In this document: one piece after another, positions 10,133-19,439 of the stretch | How positions within the stretch are numbered: the stretch's first letter is position 1 | Layout of the letters: each line of letters opens with the position of its first letter | Sequence record: PQ309151.1 | Length of the DNA: 64,000 nt | Direction: 5' to 3' (one strand) | Notes under the pieces: model-generated | Told to the model about the DNA's origin: nothing | The model's database searches: none | The model's input: only the letters and a program-made list of their open reading frames with translations | Program-made: the position numbers and the translations under genes

Positions 10133-12274
10133 GTGCCTGAAATTGTCCTACGCCTCATAAAAAAGGTGCGAAATAGAATGGATAATATTCTGTTGCTCAA
10201 CAAGCGACATAAAACCGCAGTTTACCCCAGTGATCTACTGGTAGTTGACATCGATAGAACCTGTCCTATCCTTGGAAATCCTTTTCCATTGAAAGACCAC
10301 AATGACGATGAAGAACGCGATTCTGTAATCCGCGAATACCGTCGTCATTTCGAAAAAGAATACGCTGCTAACGGTGTACTCACGAAACGAATTCATGAAT
10401 TAACGGACCTGGTTCTCTCTGGTAAGCGGATCGGTCTTAGATGCTGGTGTAGCCCTAAACGGTGTCACGGCAATGTAATCATTTCAAAAATCCGAGAACT
10501 ACTGGAAGGAAACATGTCTGAATCGCCGCAAAATCCCAGTAAAGAGTTTCTGAACTATCCTTTCGCAAAGGAAGACATCGACTATACGGAATGCCGGTTT
10601 GCGATCCACATTCCGAAAAACAAACATGACGAGAAGGGTATCGACCTTCACATGGTGAAGGAAGTCATCCACTTCAAGGATGGCACGGTCAAACCGTGGG
10701 TTCGATACATTCCGAACTACCAGTGCAAATTCTGGACGACGAAGCCTCATGTTCGTAACGGCAAGTTTGCACACAAGCAGAAGAAAGAGTGGGAATCACT
10801 CGACAATCTGGTTGAAGGTCAAGCTACGGCTTCCGGAATGGGCTTTGCAGTTGCTCGTGCATTGGACCAGATGCGTCTTGCTGATCGTATCTTCGATCTG
10901 AAAGATTCGCCTTACGTCTACGGTCTGGATATTCCGTCGACAGTGCAGTTGAAGCACGACTACACTGTGCGGATGCAAGGTAAGGCAGATACGCCGTTTA
11001 CCATTGCCTATTCGGATACGGAAACGAACATGCTGGGCATCGAAGAAGGTGCAAGCAAACACATCATCATGCAGTCCCTCTTCCATGAAGATGGTCGACT
11101 GTTCACGGTGATCCTCGAAGACTTCGTGAAGACCCTGCCTAACCCGCAGAAAGATCTTCGTGCCCTCTACGACGAACACATGCCTGCTCAGGGCAAGGAT
11201 CTCGTTAAAGAGTGGGAAATCGCAATCGTCAAAGAACCGATCGACATCGTCAAGGCAATTTTGCAACGTTGCCATACGTGGCAGCCTGACTTCCTGTCGT
11301 TCTGGAACATGATCTTCGACTTGGACAAGATGATCGAATGCGTGGAGAACGCTGGTTATCGTGTCGAAGACATCTTCTGCGATCCTCGTCTGCCGCGTGA
11401 GTTACGCTATGCTTTCTTAAAGCGTGCTAATCCGTCCAAGACGTCGGCTTCAGGCCGTTTGATGACCAAGAAGCCTGCTGACCAATGGCATAGCTTCCTG
11501 TGTCCTGCCTCGTTTTACATCATTGACCAGATGGCTACCTACCGCTTCGTTCGTAAGTCGAAGCAGTTGGAAAAGTCTTACGGTCTGGATGACATTCTGG
11601 GCAAGGAACTCGAAGGTCTGGGTAAGCTCAAGCACAAGCCTGCTGAAGGTTTGACTAAAGCTGAATTCCACATCTTCATGCAACAGAAGTATCCTGGCGA
11701 GTATGTGATCTATCACATCTGGGATGCGGTCTGTATGCACCTGTTGACGTTGAAGACGAAGGATCTGTCATTCTCGTTGCCAGGTACGACGGAGTTCTCG
11801 GACTTCGTGAGCTTTGAATCGGAACCGAAGCGCTATATCCACAAGTTCCATTTCTACGCATTGGAAAACCATCGATGCGTGACTGGTGTATCCAGTAAAG
11901 CTCTGGTGCAAGCGTACGACGAGATGACTATCTCCACCAAAGGTCACATCGTCACACTTGAACCACACTTGACTGTAGATTCTGGGATGAAGATCTTCAA
12001 CGATTATCCCGAGTTACAGACAAACTTCTACGGCCACAATGCTGACCTGGATGTGAAGTCCAGTTATCCGTACGGCCAGTGGGTTTTCAACATGTCGCGT
12101 CAAACGACTGTTCGTGAACTCATCGAGATCGAAGGTGTGCGAGATCATACTCGTCGCATCCAAGGTCTTAACATCTCCGGTGGACGCAGTAACGCAGTTG
12201 AATTCTGTACTGAGGTGTTCGGTCTTCCGACTCTTGCTGAACTCGACAAAATCTACGATCAGGCAAATGCATAA
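10133..12274 (+). CDS. polB: Split family-B DNA polymerase, 3'-5' exonuclease subunit (phiKZ gp82-like), with an in-frame N-terminal DUF4326-like domain
   Basis: ExoI SDTET, ExoII NMIFD, ExoIII YHIWD and pol motif A DVKSSYP; N-terminal GNPF...LRCWCSPKRCHG; likely starts at ATG 10178 and an internal ATG at 10514 with a GGAAGGA RBS. Confidence 0.85.
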   Translation: MPEIVLRLIKKVRNRMDNILLLNKRHKTAVYPSDLLVVDIDRTCPILGNPFPLKDHNDDEERDSVIREYRRHFEKEYAANGVLTKRIHELTDLVLSGKRIGLRCWCSPKRCHGNVIISKIRELLEGNMSESPQNPSKEFLNYPFAKEDIDYTECRFAIHIPKNKHDEKGIDLHMVKEVIHFKDGTVKPWVRYIPNYQCKFWTTKPHVRNGKFAHKQKKEWESLDNLVEGQATASGMGFAVARALDQMRLADRIFDLKDSPYVYGLDIPSTVQLKHDYTVRMQGKADTPFTIAYSDTETNMLGIEEGASKHIIMQSLFHEDGRLFTVILEDFVKTLPNPQKDLRALYDEHMPAQGKDLVKEWEIAIVKEPIDIVKAILQRCHTWQPDFLSFWNMIFDLDKMIECVENAGYRVEDIFCDPRLPRELRYAFLKRANPSKTSASGRLMTKKPADQWHSFLCPASFYIIDQMATYRFVRKSKQLEKSYGLDDILGKELEGLGKLKHKPAEGLTKAEFHIFMQQKYPGEYVIYHIWDAVCMHLLTLKTKDLSFSLPGTTEFSDFVSFESEPKRYIHKFHFYALENHRCVTGVSSKALVQAYDEMTISTKGHIVTLEPHLTVDSGMKIFNDYPELQTNFYGHNADLDVKSSYPYGQWVFNMSRQTTVRELIEIEGVRDHTRRIQGLNISGGRSNAVEFCTEVFGLPTLAELDKIYDQANA

Positions 12275-12276
12275 AG

Positions 12277-12320
12277 CATAGGCTCCTACTCCTAGCCGCA
12301 AGGCTAGGAGTAGGTCTATG
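12277..12320. terminator. Hairpin between convergent genes (GCAA loop, CATA/TATG flanks)
   Basis: CATA-ggct-CCTACTCCTAGCC-GCAA-GGCTAGGAGTAGG-tc-TATG. Confidence 0.7.
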
Positions 12321-12324
12321 TCTG

Positions 12325-13029
12325 TCAGCTAACGAATTCAAGACAAGGACGCCAGCCGTAAGCTGCAGTGCCTCCACCGCTGGTATATGTCTGTTGAGCA
12401 CAATTCGCGATGGTGGATGTATTACCTCGTATTCCTGCCGTTGTGGTGTATCCAGAACCTGAAAGAACGTTTGCGACCCATTCATTGTACCCAGTCAAAC
12501 TTGCATCGAAGCCCAAATCAATCAATGCATAGGGACTTGCTATTTTAGAGCCACTATAAGTGGTTATGTGAGAATCAGTAACGATCGGATAAAACAGGTT
12601 ATTCCATTCACTACCGACCGTCGCCGCGGTGTCTGTTCCATTTACTGGTCCAGGTACCGGATTAGCCAGAAACCCTTGGAGGAGTCGAACTTTGTAAATA
12701 TGGGACGCAATCGTAACCTGAGCGGTCTGAGCGACAGCCGATTGACCGGATGGTATCGGATCGCCTGTGCCACCGGAACCATAAACCGCTTTGGCATTAT
12801 AGATACTTGTCCAGGAAACTCCTTGACGCACTGGCAGTTTCGGGACGTACAGCGTTTTTCCATTGTAAGAAAACTTCAACCAATTTGTTGCTGTATTGAT
12901 CGCAGTTCCGATAGACAATCCAATGGCTGAGGCTAGACTCACCCCGTCGATAAAATTAGCGGATGTAACTTCACCTAAAAAAGGGATTGTACTGGTGATT
13001 TTCTTTTTGAGTAATAGAGCCGATAACAT
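12325..13029 (-). CDS. phiKZ gp131-like paralog family virion (tail/baseplate fibre) protein with LLLKKK N-terminal tag
   Basis: FLGEV...IDGVSLASAIGL...WLKF...LYVPK.P.R..VSW..IY....VYG and C-terminal GWRPCLE match my recollection of this family. Confidence 0.7.
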   Translation of the reverse strand: MLSALLLKKKITSTIPFLGEVTSANFIDGVSLASAIGLSIGTAINTATNWLKFSYNGKTLYVPKLPVRQGVSWTSIYNAKAVYGSGGTGDPIPSGQSAVAQTAQVTIASHIYKVRLLQGFLANPVPGPVNGTDTAATVGSEWNNLFYPIVTDSHITTYSGSKIASPYALIDLGFDASLTGYNEWVANVLSGSGYTTTAGIRGNTSTIANCAQQTYTSGGGTAAYGWRPCLEFVS

Positions 13030-13032
13030 AAC

Positions 13033-13614
13033 TCACCATGAACTAAAACCAGACGGCGGCGGGTACTGAAACGTCGTAGTCAGGTCCACAATCGATGAAC
13101 CTGCAGACCCGTATGGGCTACAGCACATGGGATAGAACGTCGTTCCGGCACTATAAGCCGACAGAGTAAGCAAGCCTTGTGCGACTCCATTCCTATAAAA
13201 CTGCAGCTGATTATTAGTAAAGTTAAGGGCGACGCCGATATAATCACCGGTGGTGAAGGTCGTCAGGCCATAAGGCGCACGGGTATTTGCCCCGTAAATG
13301 ACCTGTCCTCCAGAACCGTACCAGAGAACTTCCTGGATCCCGTTCTGGAAAGGAATCGCCAAGCTTGTAGATGTAGTACAGATCCCCACCAGCGGAGTGT
13401 ACGGACCTTCGCTTTGTATGATCTTGGCTTCAAAATACCACTTGCCTGTCGACGCATGGCTTATGGTTCCTCTTGCTCCTGCACCATAAGGCGTAAACGT
13501 CGCTCTTAGATTACCATTTGATAGAGTACCACCAGATCCCACTGCTGCCGGATCCCAAGTAACAGCACTCGATGTAGCAACGACTTTCTTTTTTAACAAT
13601 AGAGATTCATGCAT
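13033..13614 (-). CDS. SPRY/B30.2 domain protein, LLLKKK-tagged
   Basis: TWDP...LSNGNL...GKWYFE...VGI...GDYIGVAL...FYRNG...YP; ends PSGFSSW. Confidence 0.8.
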   Translation of the reverse strand: MHESLLLKKKVVATSSAVTWDPAAVGSGGTLSNGNLRATFTPYGAGARGTISHASTGKWYFEAKIIQSEGPYTPLVGICTTSTSLAIPFQNGIQEVLWYGSGGQVIYGANTRAPYGLTTFTTGDYIGVALNFTNNQLQFYRNGVAQGLLTLSAYSAGTTFYPMCCSPYGSAGSSIVDLTTTFQYPPPSGFSSW

Positions 13615-13617
13615 GAT

Positions 13618-14196
13618 TCACCAGAGCCCATAACCTGAAGGCATTGAACCGAAGTACTTCGGTGTATCTGGAATCGTGACGATCGATGTACCTTGAGTGG
13701 ACTGAGGACTCGCTGCACCAAACCAGAACGTCGTGACGGTCGGCAAGTACGTATTAAGATTCAACTGCGTCATCGCCACATTGTTTCTGAAAAACTGAAG
13801 CAGTCTGGCATCCAGATCGACTGCAAATGCAACCGTATCACCCGTCGTAAACGATCCATAACCAAAACGAATATTGGCGCCGTAGATGATCTGTGGTCCT
13901 GAACCATACCACATCAATTCACCAGCACTGATCCATGGAGTATTGAATGTCGTGTTTTGAGAAACCAGACCAATCAATGGCGTGAAGCTGCCTTCTGACT
14001 GAGTGATGACGCATTCGAAATACCATTTCCCAGAACTACGGGAAGTAGTACCAAAAGCACAACCTCCTGAGTTACCAAGATTGGCTGTCCTGTTGTTGTT
14101 TGATAGAGTAGCCGCGTTGCTCTTCATTGCAGGATTAAATGTACTTCCTGTCGCTGCAATTACTTTCTTTTTCAAAAGCAATGAGGATTCGAACAT
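13618..14196 (-). CDS. SPRY/B30.2 domain protein, LLLKKK-tagged
   Basis: TFNP...LSNNN...SGKWYFE...GDTVAFAVDLD...FFRNN; ends PSGYGLW. Confidence 0.8.
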   Translation of the reverse strand: MFESSLLLKKKVIAATGSTFNPAMKSNAATLSNNNRTANLGNSGGCAFGTTSRSSGKWYFECVITQSEGSFTPLIGLVSQNTTFNTPWISAGELMWYGSGPQIIYGANIRFGYGSFTTGDTVAFAVDLDARLLQFFRNNVAMTQLNLNTYLPTVTTFWFGAASPQSTQGTSIVTIPDTPKYFGSMPSGYGLW

Positions 14197-14199
14197 AGT

Positions 14200-14793
14200 T
14201 CACCAGAGACTATATCCAGATGGACAGTACTGAGGTGCCGCGATCCAGTCGACGATTGTGGTACCAGTTGCCGAGTTTGGACTCGATGTACAGGGGAAAA
14301 ACGTAGTTGCCAATGAGTAGTTATTGGGTGACCCATAGGTAATGGTCGGTTGTGCTACGCCATTTCTGATGTAGAAGATCGTTTTGGCAGTAAAATCAAT
14401 CGCGCATCCGATCACATCGAGCATCGCAGGCGTTGTGCCGTAATTGATTCGCTGATTGGCCTGATAGATAAGCTGAGCGCTACCCGAACCACCGTAGTAC
14501 CAGAACAACTCATTCGAGTTGGTATTCCATGGAGACTGGTAATTATAAGCACCCATTACGCCGACCATTGGCATAAACGAAAAGCTATTACCTTCAAACT
14601 GGGTAAGTTTTACTTCGAAATACCACTTACCTGAGTTATGCGATACGTTGGCAAAAACCGCGCCACCAGAATTACCACAGTTGGCTCTAAGATTCCCGTT
14701 CGAAAGCGTAACGCTAGCCGCTTTGTTTGAAGGACTCCACGTGGTAGTCGTGCCTGCCAACTTCTTCTTGGAAAGGAGAAATGATTCCTGCAT
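14200..14793 (-). CDS. SPRY/B30.2 domain protein, LLLKKK-tagged
   Basis: TWSP...LSNGNL...SGKWYFE...DVIGCAIDF...YIRNG; ends PSGYSLW. Confidence 0.8.
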   Translation of the reverse strand: MQESFLLSKKKLAGTTTTWSPSNKAASVTLSNGNLRANCGNSGGAVFANVSHNSGKWYFEVKLTQFEGNSFSFMPMVGVMGAYNYQSPWNTNSNELFWYYGGSGSAQLIYQANQRINYGTTPAMLDVIGCAIDFTAKTIFYIRNGVAQPTITYGSPNNYSLATTFFPCTSSPNSATGTTIVDWIAAPQYCPSGYSLW

Positions 14794-14833
14794 AGGAAAC
14801 CCGTATTAGAAGTTCAGTGTCATAGGATCCGAA

Positions 14834-14872
14834 CATAGACCTCCTACTGGGCTTTCGCCCAGTAGGAGTGTC
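14834..14872 (-). terminator. GAAA-loop hairpin followed by TATG on the minus strand
   Basis: CATA-gac-CTCCTACTGGGC-TTTC-GCCCAGTAGGAG. Confidence 0.65.
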
Positions 14873-14873
14873 A

Positions 14874-15611
14874 TTACACCAACATGTCGATCACTCGGCC
14901 AACAGAAGCCTTTACGTCGTCCAGAGAGCGTGTTGCGTCGATGGAGAAGAGCGGTCCCATTTCCAGGAACGAGCGGTTCTTCCATTGAAGCGAAAAGTTC
15001 TGGATGAGATTCTGGAAGAATTCATCCGGCTTCGTTTCGAATGCGTCTTTGGCGACCGACGTAATGTCCGTACGCGCATTCACGCGTGCCCGCGAAGTTG
15101 CGACATCGATGTCCAGATAGATCGCGACGTATTCCTGGATCTGCTTGTACAGCCAGGCACGTTTGTCTTGCGGAAACTGGGCGAGGATGTTGGGGATGTT
15201 CAGATGGTAATCGAACATCGCATCCATCATCTTCTTCGGGATGCCTTGGGTGTAATGCTGATACACCCAGGTCGTATCGTTCCAGCGGTCGCTGATGACG
15301 ACCTTGCCTGCCAGCAAGGCCGGAATGATTTCTTCAATCAGAACACGGCGACGCAGATACAGAATACAGGATAGAACAGCCGGCATCGGAATACGCTGAT
15401 TGATCCATGCATCACGCATGAACTTCGCTTCATCCCCCGACGGATAAGCTGCCACAACCACATGGTCGATCCCCTTAGTCGCCAGCACATCGCTGATGTG
15501 CATGACCATCGTCCCTTTACCGCTTCCGTCAATACCTTCGACGGCCCAGAAGCGCGATACGTTGTTGTACTTGATGTTAGCCAGCCCTACCGTCTGCACA
15601 TCCATGATCAT
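14874..15611 (-). CDS. tmk: Thymidylate (dTMP) kinase
   Basis: P-loop VEGIDGSGKGT, VISDRW motif, IYLDID...R lid region. Confidence 0.9.
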   Translation of the reverse strand: MIMDVQTVGLANIKYNNVSRFWAVEGIDGSGKGTMVMHISDVLATKGIDHVVVAAYPSGDEAKFMRDAWINQRIPMPAVLSCILYLRRRVLIEEIIPALLAGKVVISDRWNDTTWVYQHYTQGIPKKMMDAMFDYHLNIPNILAQFPQDKRAWLYKQIQEYVAIYLDIDVATSRARVNARTDITSVAKDAFETKPDEFFQNLIQNFSLQWKNRSFLEMGPLFSIDATRSLDDVKASVGRVIDMLV

Positions 15612-15712
15612 CCCCCATAGTTAAGATCAAGTTATTTCGACATCTAATAAAAAATAAGGCAAAAAAAAATCCCCGGAATTACCCGGGGAAAAATCACGCA
15701 CCGCAGAGGGCA

Positions 15713-16483
15713 CTACATGCGGCGCATGTAGAGGCTCAACGGCACGTAGGACGGATTCACAAAACGGTACATTGCAGCAGATGCTTGTTCTTTTTCGCGA
15801 AGATTATTCGCGTAGCGAACGAAGTGCTCAAGCTCGCCCTTGGTCTTGGCTGTGCCGACGTATACCGAATTACGTTCCGAGATGGAACTGTAGTACACTT
15901 CGACGCCGCCTTCCTTGGAGCGAGCATATGCCTGAACGCCATCAGGGATGACGATGTCGTGAACGGTCTTGATGTAGTTCCGGTTGTACTTCACCGGATA
16001 CCACAGGGACTTGTTCACTTCGCTGGTGAACTGCTTCAGGTTCTCGAAGTAGTAGTTCGCCGCTTCCAGGACCATATGCTTGTAGTCCGGGCTGTGGAAT
16101 TCCTGCGCAAGTTCACTGCCCGAAAAGACTCGGACGACGACCTTACGAGGACCCCGCATTGAGGCGACCATCTTCGAAGGCAGAATGAAAACGCCATGGC
16201 CAGGAATGACCTTGACGCCTTCTTCCTTCTTGTCGAACAGCTGACGCAGCTTCCCACGCGAATGGAAAGCCTTCGACTGACCGAGCGCGACGTTATACTC
16301 GCGGAATGCTTCAGCCGACACTTCATCGTTCACGATGGGCGTGAACACATGGCTTTGGCGAACACTGTTCACCCGCCATGCTTTATTGCCATCGAATGCG
16401 CTGGTGATGGTCAGGTCCGAATCGATTGGGAATTCACGATTCATGATGCGCACTACGTTTTTGCCGACGGAGATCTGTTGCAT
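15713..16483 (-). CDS. Hypothetical protein
   Basis: 256 aa, AAGGA RBS upstream, phage-like codon bias; no recognised motif. Confidence 0.6.
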   Translation of the reverse strand: MQQISVGKNVVRIMNREFPIDSDLTITSAFDGNKAWRVNSVRQSHVFTPIVNDEVSAEAFREYNVALGQSKAFHSRGKLRQLFDKKEEGVKVIPGHGVFILPSKMVASMRGPRKVVVRVFSGSELAQEFHSPDYKHMVLEAANYYFENLKQFTSEVNKSLWYPVKYNRNYIKTVHDIVIPDGVQAYARSKEGGVEVYYSSISERNSVYVGTAKTKGELEHFVRYANNLREKEQASAAMYRFVNPSYVPLSLYMRRM

Positions 16484-16517
16484 GTCGATTTTATCCTTAC
16501 GTTTTGAAAGTTGAAGC

Positions 16518-17273
16518 TTAAGCGGCGGTGTTGCCGATTTCCTCAGAGTTTGCTGCTTCCGGACTTTCGCCCGATGCTGCCTTTTGACGAGCCTTGATGA
16601 TGCAGATCGCCATGTCCACGGCCACCAGGAAGTGAGCGTGGGAAGTCATATACGGATTCTTGGGAACAGAAACCGTACTTGCCAGCCGCCGCGGATCACC
16701 GGCTTCTTCATAGTTCTCCAGCGGCGCAGTCGTCTGATACGCATCGATCATTTCCTTGGTAGCGGCAATGACTGTGTCGACCCAGACATACTTCTTTTTC
16801 CATGCAGCCTTGTAATAGCGCTTGGCGTCCTCGACACTATAGCCGGCCAGAGCGAGCGTCGCCAGGCAGCCTTGTTCGAAGATCGCACGGGTGCGAACAG
16901 ACAGTGGAAGCGCGACGATCGTTCGCCCAACTTCCTTCTCGTCTTGCTTGCGGATATTTACCCGCAGATCCCATTCGCCGATGCGATGCGGAACGCGGCT
17001 CCAGCCGTGGAAGAATTGCACCAGGTCCTTCTGGCGTCCTTCCCCGACGATCTTTTCGATCTCTGCTACGGCCGCTTCGTCAGCGGGGCTTGCGAGAGTT
17101 ACAGGTGCCGGACGGTGAGCCGGGCGATGCACAGCTTGATGGTTGGTTCCACGACTGAACGTCGAAACATGCGGCCGATGCCGCTGGCCTTCTTGAGACT
17201 GGGGCGTATTCTTTTTGTTGCCACCGAATCGATGTGCCATATTGAGATAAGTCATAACAGACTCCCAAGACAT
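16518..17273 (-). CDS. Hypothetical protein with basic, disordered N-terminus
   Basis: 251 aa; first gene downstream of an early-type promoter. Confidence 0.6.
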   Translation of the reverse strand: MSWESVMTYLNMAHRFGGNKKNTPQSQEGQRHRPHVSTFSRGTNHQAVHRPAHRPAPVTLASPADEAAVAEIEKIVGEGRQKDLVQFFHGWSRVPHRIGEWDLRVNIRKQDEKEVGRTIVALPLSVRTRAIFEQGCLATLALAGYSVEDAKRYYKAAWKKKYVWVDTVIAATKEMIDAYQTTAPLENYEEAGDPRRLASTVSVPKNPYMTSHAHFLVAVDMAICIIKARQKAASGESPEAANSEEIGNTAA

Positions 17274-17353
17274 AATTTTGGTAAGCGAGGAATTCGCTTG
17301 TTTTCACCAACAGAACAGAACTCGGCAAAAGGTTTTAGCCGGAAATTCATTTT

Positions 17354-17379
17354 GATTATATATTGTTGATTTTTTCTGC
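17354..17379 (-). promoter_or_regulatory. Early-type phage promoter motif
   Basis: Minus strand GCAGAAAAAATCAACAATATATAATC; resembles the copies at 44569 and 54325. Confidence 0.5.
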
Positions 17380-17411
17380 ATTATATCTGCATGTCAGACA
17401 AATAAAAACAG

Positions 17412-17449
17412 ACATAGACCAATACCGGAGGCCTCTCGGCCTCCGGTAT
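17412..17449 (-). terminator. GAGA-loop hairpin followed by TATG and a T-rich run
   Basis: ATACCGGAGGCC-TCTC-GGCCTCCGGTAT with CATA at 17413-17416. Confidence 0.7.
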
Positions 17450-17451
17450 CG

Positions 17452-18003
17452 TCATTTCTTTGGCGGTTGATTACCCGACTGTTGAGCCAACATCTTCTCC
17501 AATTGCTTGATGGCGCTGCTTCCACCACCCAGCAATTTGGCACTATGCTTCTTGGCCGAGTTAATCACCTTCAAGAAATCGCGTCGAGGATAACGAATTA
17601 ACTCATCGAACGAAAACCCGAAGATTTCATGCACGCGGTTCTCAGCGAACTGGTCGAGACGGAAGTCCAACGGATCCACACGAGCCAGATCCTCAAGCGG
17701 CGAGCAGAAGAGCAGAGGCCACGGAACGTTCTTGTCGTCCGGGGCATCGTGATTGTAAATGCCAAAAGCGGTTTCGTACTTCATCCGCATGAACAATTCC
17801 GCATCCACCACGTTGGGTAGCTTGGCGTTGGTCATGGCATCCAGAATCACGTTTACCGGAGACCGGTTTCTGTCTTCTACTCTCGCCAACTCGGGTTCTA
17901 GTCCGATGTGTCCTCCAGACTCCTCGATGAGAGTCCAAGCAACTTCTGCTCGACCAGCTGAAAAAAAACCGATACCGCATCGACCGCGATGAGGCGAGGC
18001 CAC
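17452..18003 (-). CDS. Probable conserved phiKZ-like protein; true start probably downstream, near 17830-17890
   Basis: The first ~35 codons overlap the upstream gene; the core AELFMRMKYETAFGIY...FGFSFDELIRYP looks coding. Confidence 0.5.
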   Translation of the reverse strand: MASPHRGRCGIGFFSAGRAEVAWTLIEESGGHIGLEPELARVEDRNRSPVNVILDAMTNAKLPNVVDAELFMRMKYETAFGIYNHDAPDDKNVPWPLLFCSPLEDLARVDPLDFRLDQFAENRVHEIFGFSFDELIRYPRRDFLKVINSAKKHSAKLLGGGSSAIKQLEKMLAQQSGNQPPKK

Positions 18004-19424
18004 TTGTCGCCGGACACCGTGTCCTCGTACTCGTTGACCGAGGTCGTCGCAATAATTGCGACTTGTGTGTTGTTGATGTAATCGCTGATCGCCTTGAAGA
18101 ACTTCTTGGAGATCGAGTCGGAAGCCGACAAGGACACGAGAACCTTGTCCACGTTTTCACGCGTGGTGTACAGTTCGCCGTCTTCCTCGATCGACTTGAC
18201 GTAGTGCGAATACTGGCGCAGACGGGAAGCCTTAGCCAACTGGCTAATGTACTGCATGCGCTTCTGGTCGGTTGCTTCTGCGCCGAGAGCTTCGTGAACC
18301 GCAGCGTTGATCTCGTTGATCCACTTCTCGCCGGAGTCGAAGTACTCTCGCAGGCTGGGCGTGTACAGATGCAACTTCACGCCATCGCCGATGTCGACAA
18401 CCGTGTTCTGGTTGAAGACGAACTGGTCCTTGTAGTCCTTGATCGTCTTGAGCGTCATCGGCTGTTCGATACGCTTGACCATGTGTGCCAGTTGCTCATC
18501 CTTGAACATCTTGCCGTTCATGAAGAGCGCCTTGCGCAGGTCGATGATCTGCGAGATTTCTTCCTTCGGCAGCTTCGTGTCTTCTGTGAAGACCGCCCGG
18601 GACATCGGGAAGCCATTCGGGTAGACCGAGTTTGCGACCGACAGAGCGATCAGAGGCAAGTCGTTGATCGTGATATGGTCGACCAGGTTTTCCTTGGGCA
18701 GGTCGTTGACAGTCGTTTCGACGAGCGATGCGAGCCATGCTTCGGTAACAGCTTTGGCCGTGAAGACCGCGTTGTTCGCGAACATGAGACCATGCGTTGC
18801 GCGGCCGAGTTTGATCGGCTCAGCAATGATCGTGCGCCACAGACCGATGATGTCGTATTCTTCCAGCGGCTTGACAGTCGCGTAGAAGCCCGAACCCACC
18901 AGCGGAACCTGAACGGGCGAACCCAGTCCCAGTCGAGCACGCACCGACAACGTCAGGCGTTCCGAACTCATCTTCGAGCCACGACCCTTGTTCGAGAACT
19001 TGGGACGACCCACGTTGATGTTCTGGCCGGCGTACGTCAGAGCATTGCGCCATTCAGCATTCGGATCTGCCAGTGCGTCTTCGAATACGCCATGAGCAGG
19101 AACCGAACGGAAGCCGTTGAGCAGCGTCTGATACCAGTTCACCGCGTCTTCGTTGACATCGACGTCACCCATCTTGGATGCAGCCATGTCGTCGTTGACG
19201 CGACTTGCCGTGTCAGGCAGAAGAGGAATCAGGATACCCTGAAACTCCTTCAGTTCTTCTTCACCCGGAGCAGGCGACATGAGAGGCGTCTTGCTCTCCC
19301 AGTTCTTTGCCTGCTTGGGCGTCACGACGTTCTGCGGGTCGATGCTGACCGGCGTTTCGTCGGGCATGCGCAGTTCGGCATCATCTGCCGGACTTTGATT
19401 TTCGTCTTCAGGAGCGATTGCCAT
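17898..19424 (-). CDS. Conserved virion/baseplate-hub-like protein (phiKZ gp77-like)
   Basis: 508 aa; GLGSPVQVPLVGSGF motif recalled from phiKZ-like phages; synteny next to the vRNAP subunit. Confidence 0.5.
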   Translation of the reverse strand: MAIAPEDENQSPADDAELRMPDETPVSIDPQNVVTPKQAKNWESKTPLMSPAPGEEELKEFQGILIPLLPDTASRVNDDMAASKMGDVDVNEDAVNWYQTLLNGFRSVPAHGVFEDALADPNAEWRNALTYAGQNINVGRPKFSNKGRGSKMSSERLTLSVRARLGLGSPVQVPLVGSGFYATVKPLEEYDIIGLWRTIIAEPIKLGRATHGLMFANNAVFTAKAVTEAWLASLVETTVNDLPKENLVDHITINDLPLIALSVANSVYPNGFPMSRAVFTEDTKLPKEEISQIIDLRKALFMNGKMFKDEQLAHMVKRIEQPMTLKTIKDYKDQFVFNQNTVVDIGDGVKLHLYTPSLREYFDSGEKWINEINAAVHEALGAEATDQKRMQYISQLAKASRLRQYSHYVKSIEEDGELYTTRENVDKVLVSLSASDSISKKFFKAISDYINNTQVAIIATTSVNEYEDTVSGDKWPRLIAVDAVSVFFQLVEQKLLGLSSRSLEDTSD

Positions 19425-19439
19425 GTAACTGGTTCCTTG

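Noticed and set aside
17898-18003. Apparent 106-nt overlap between ORFs 17452-18003 and 17898-19424
   Set aside because: Most likely an over-extended start call for the downstream gene
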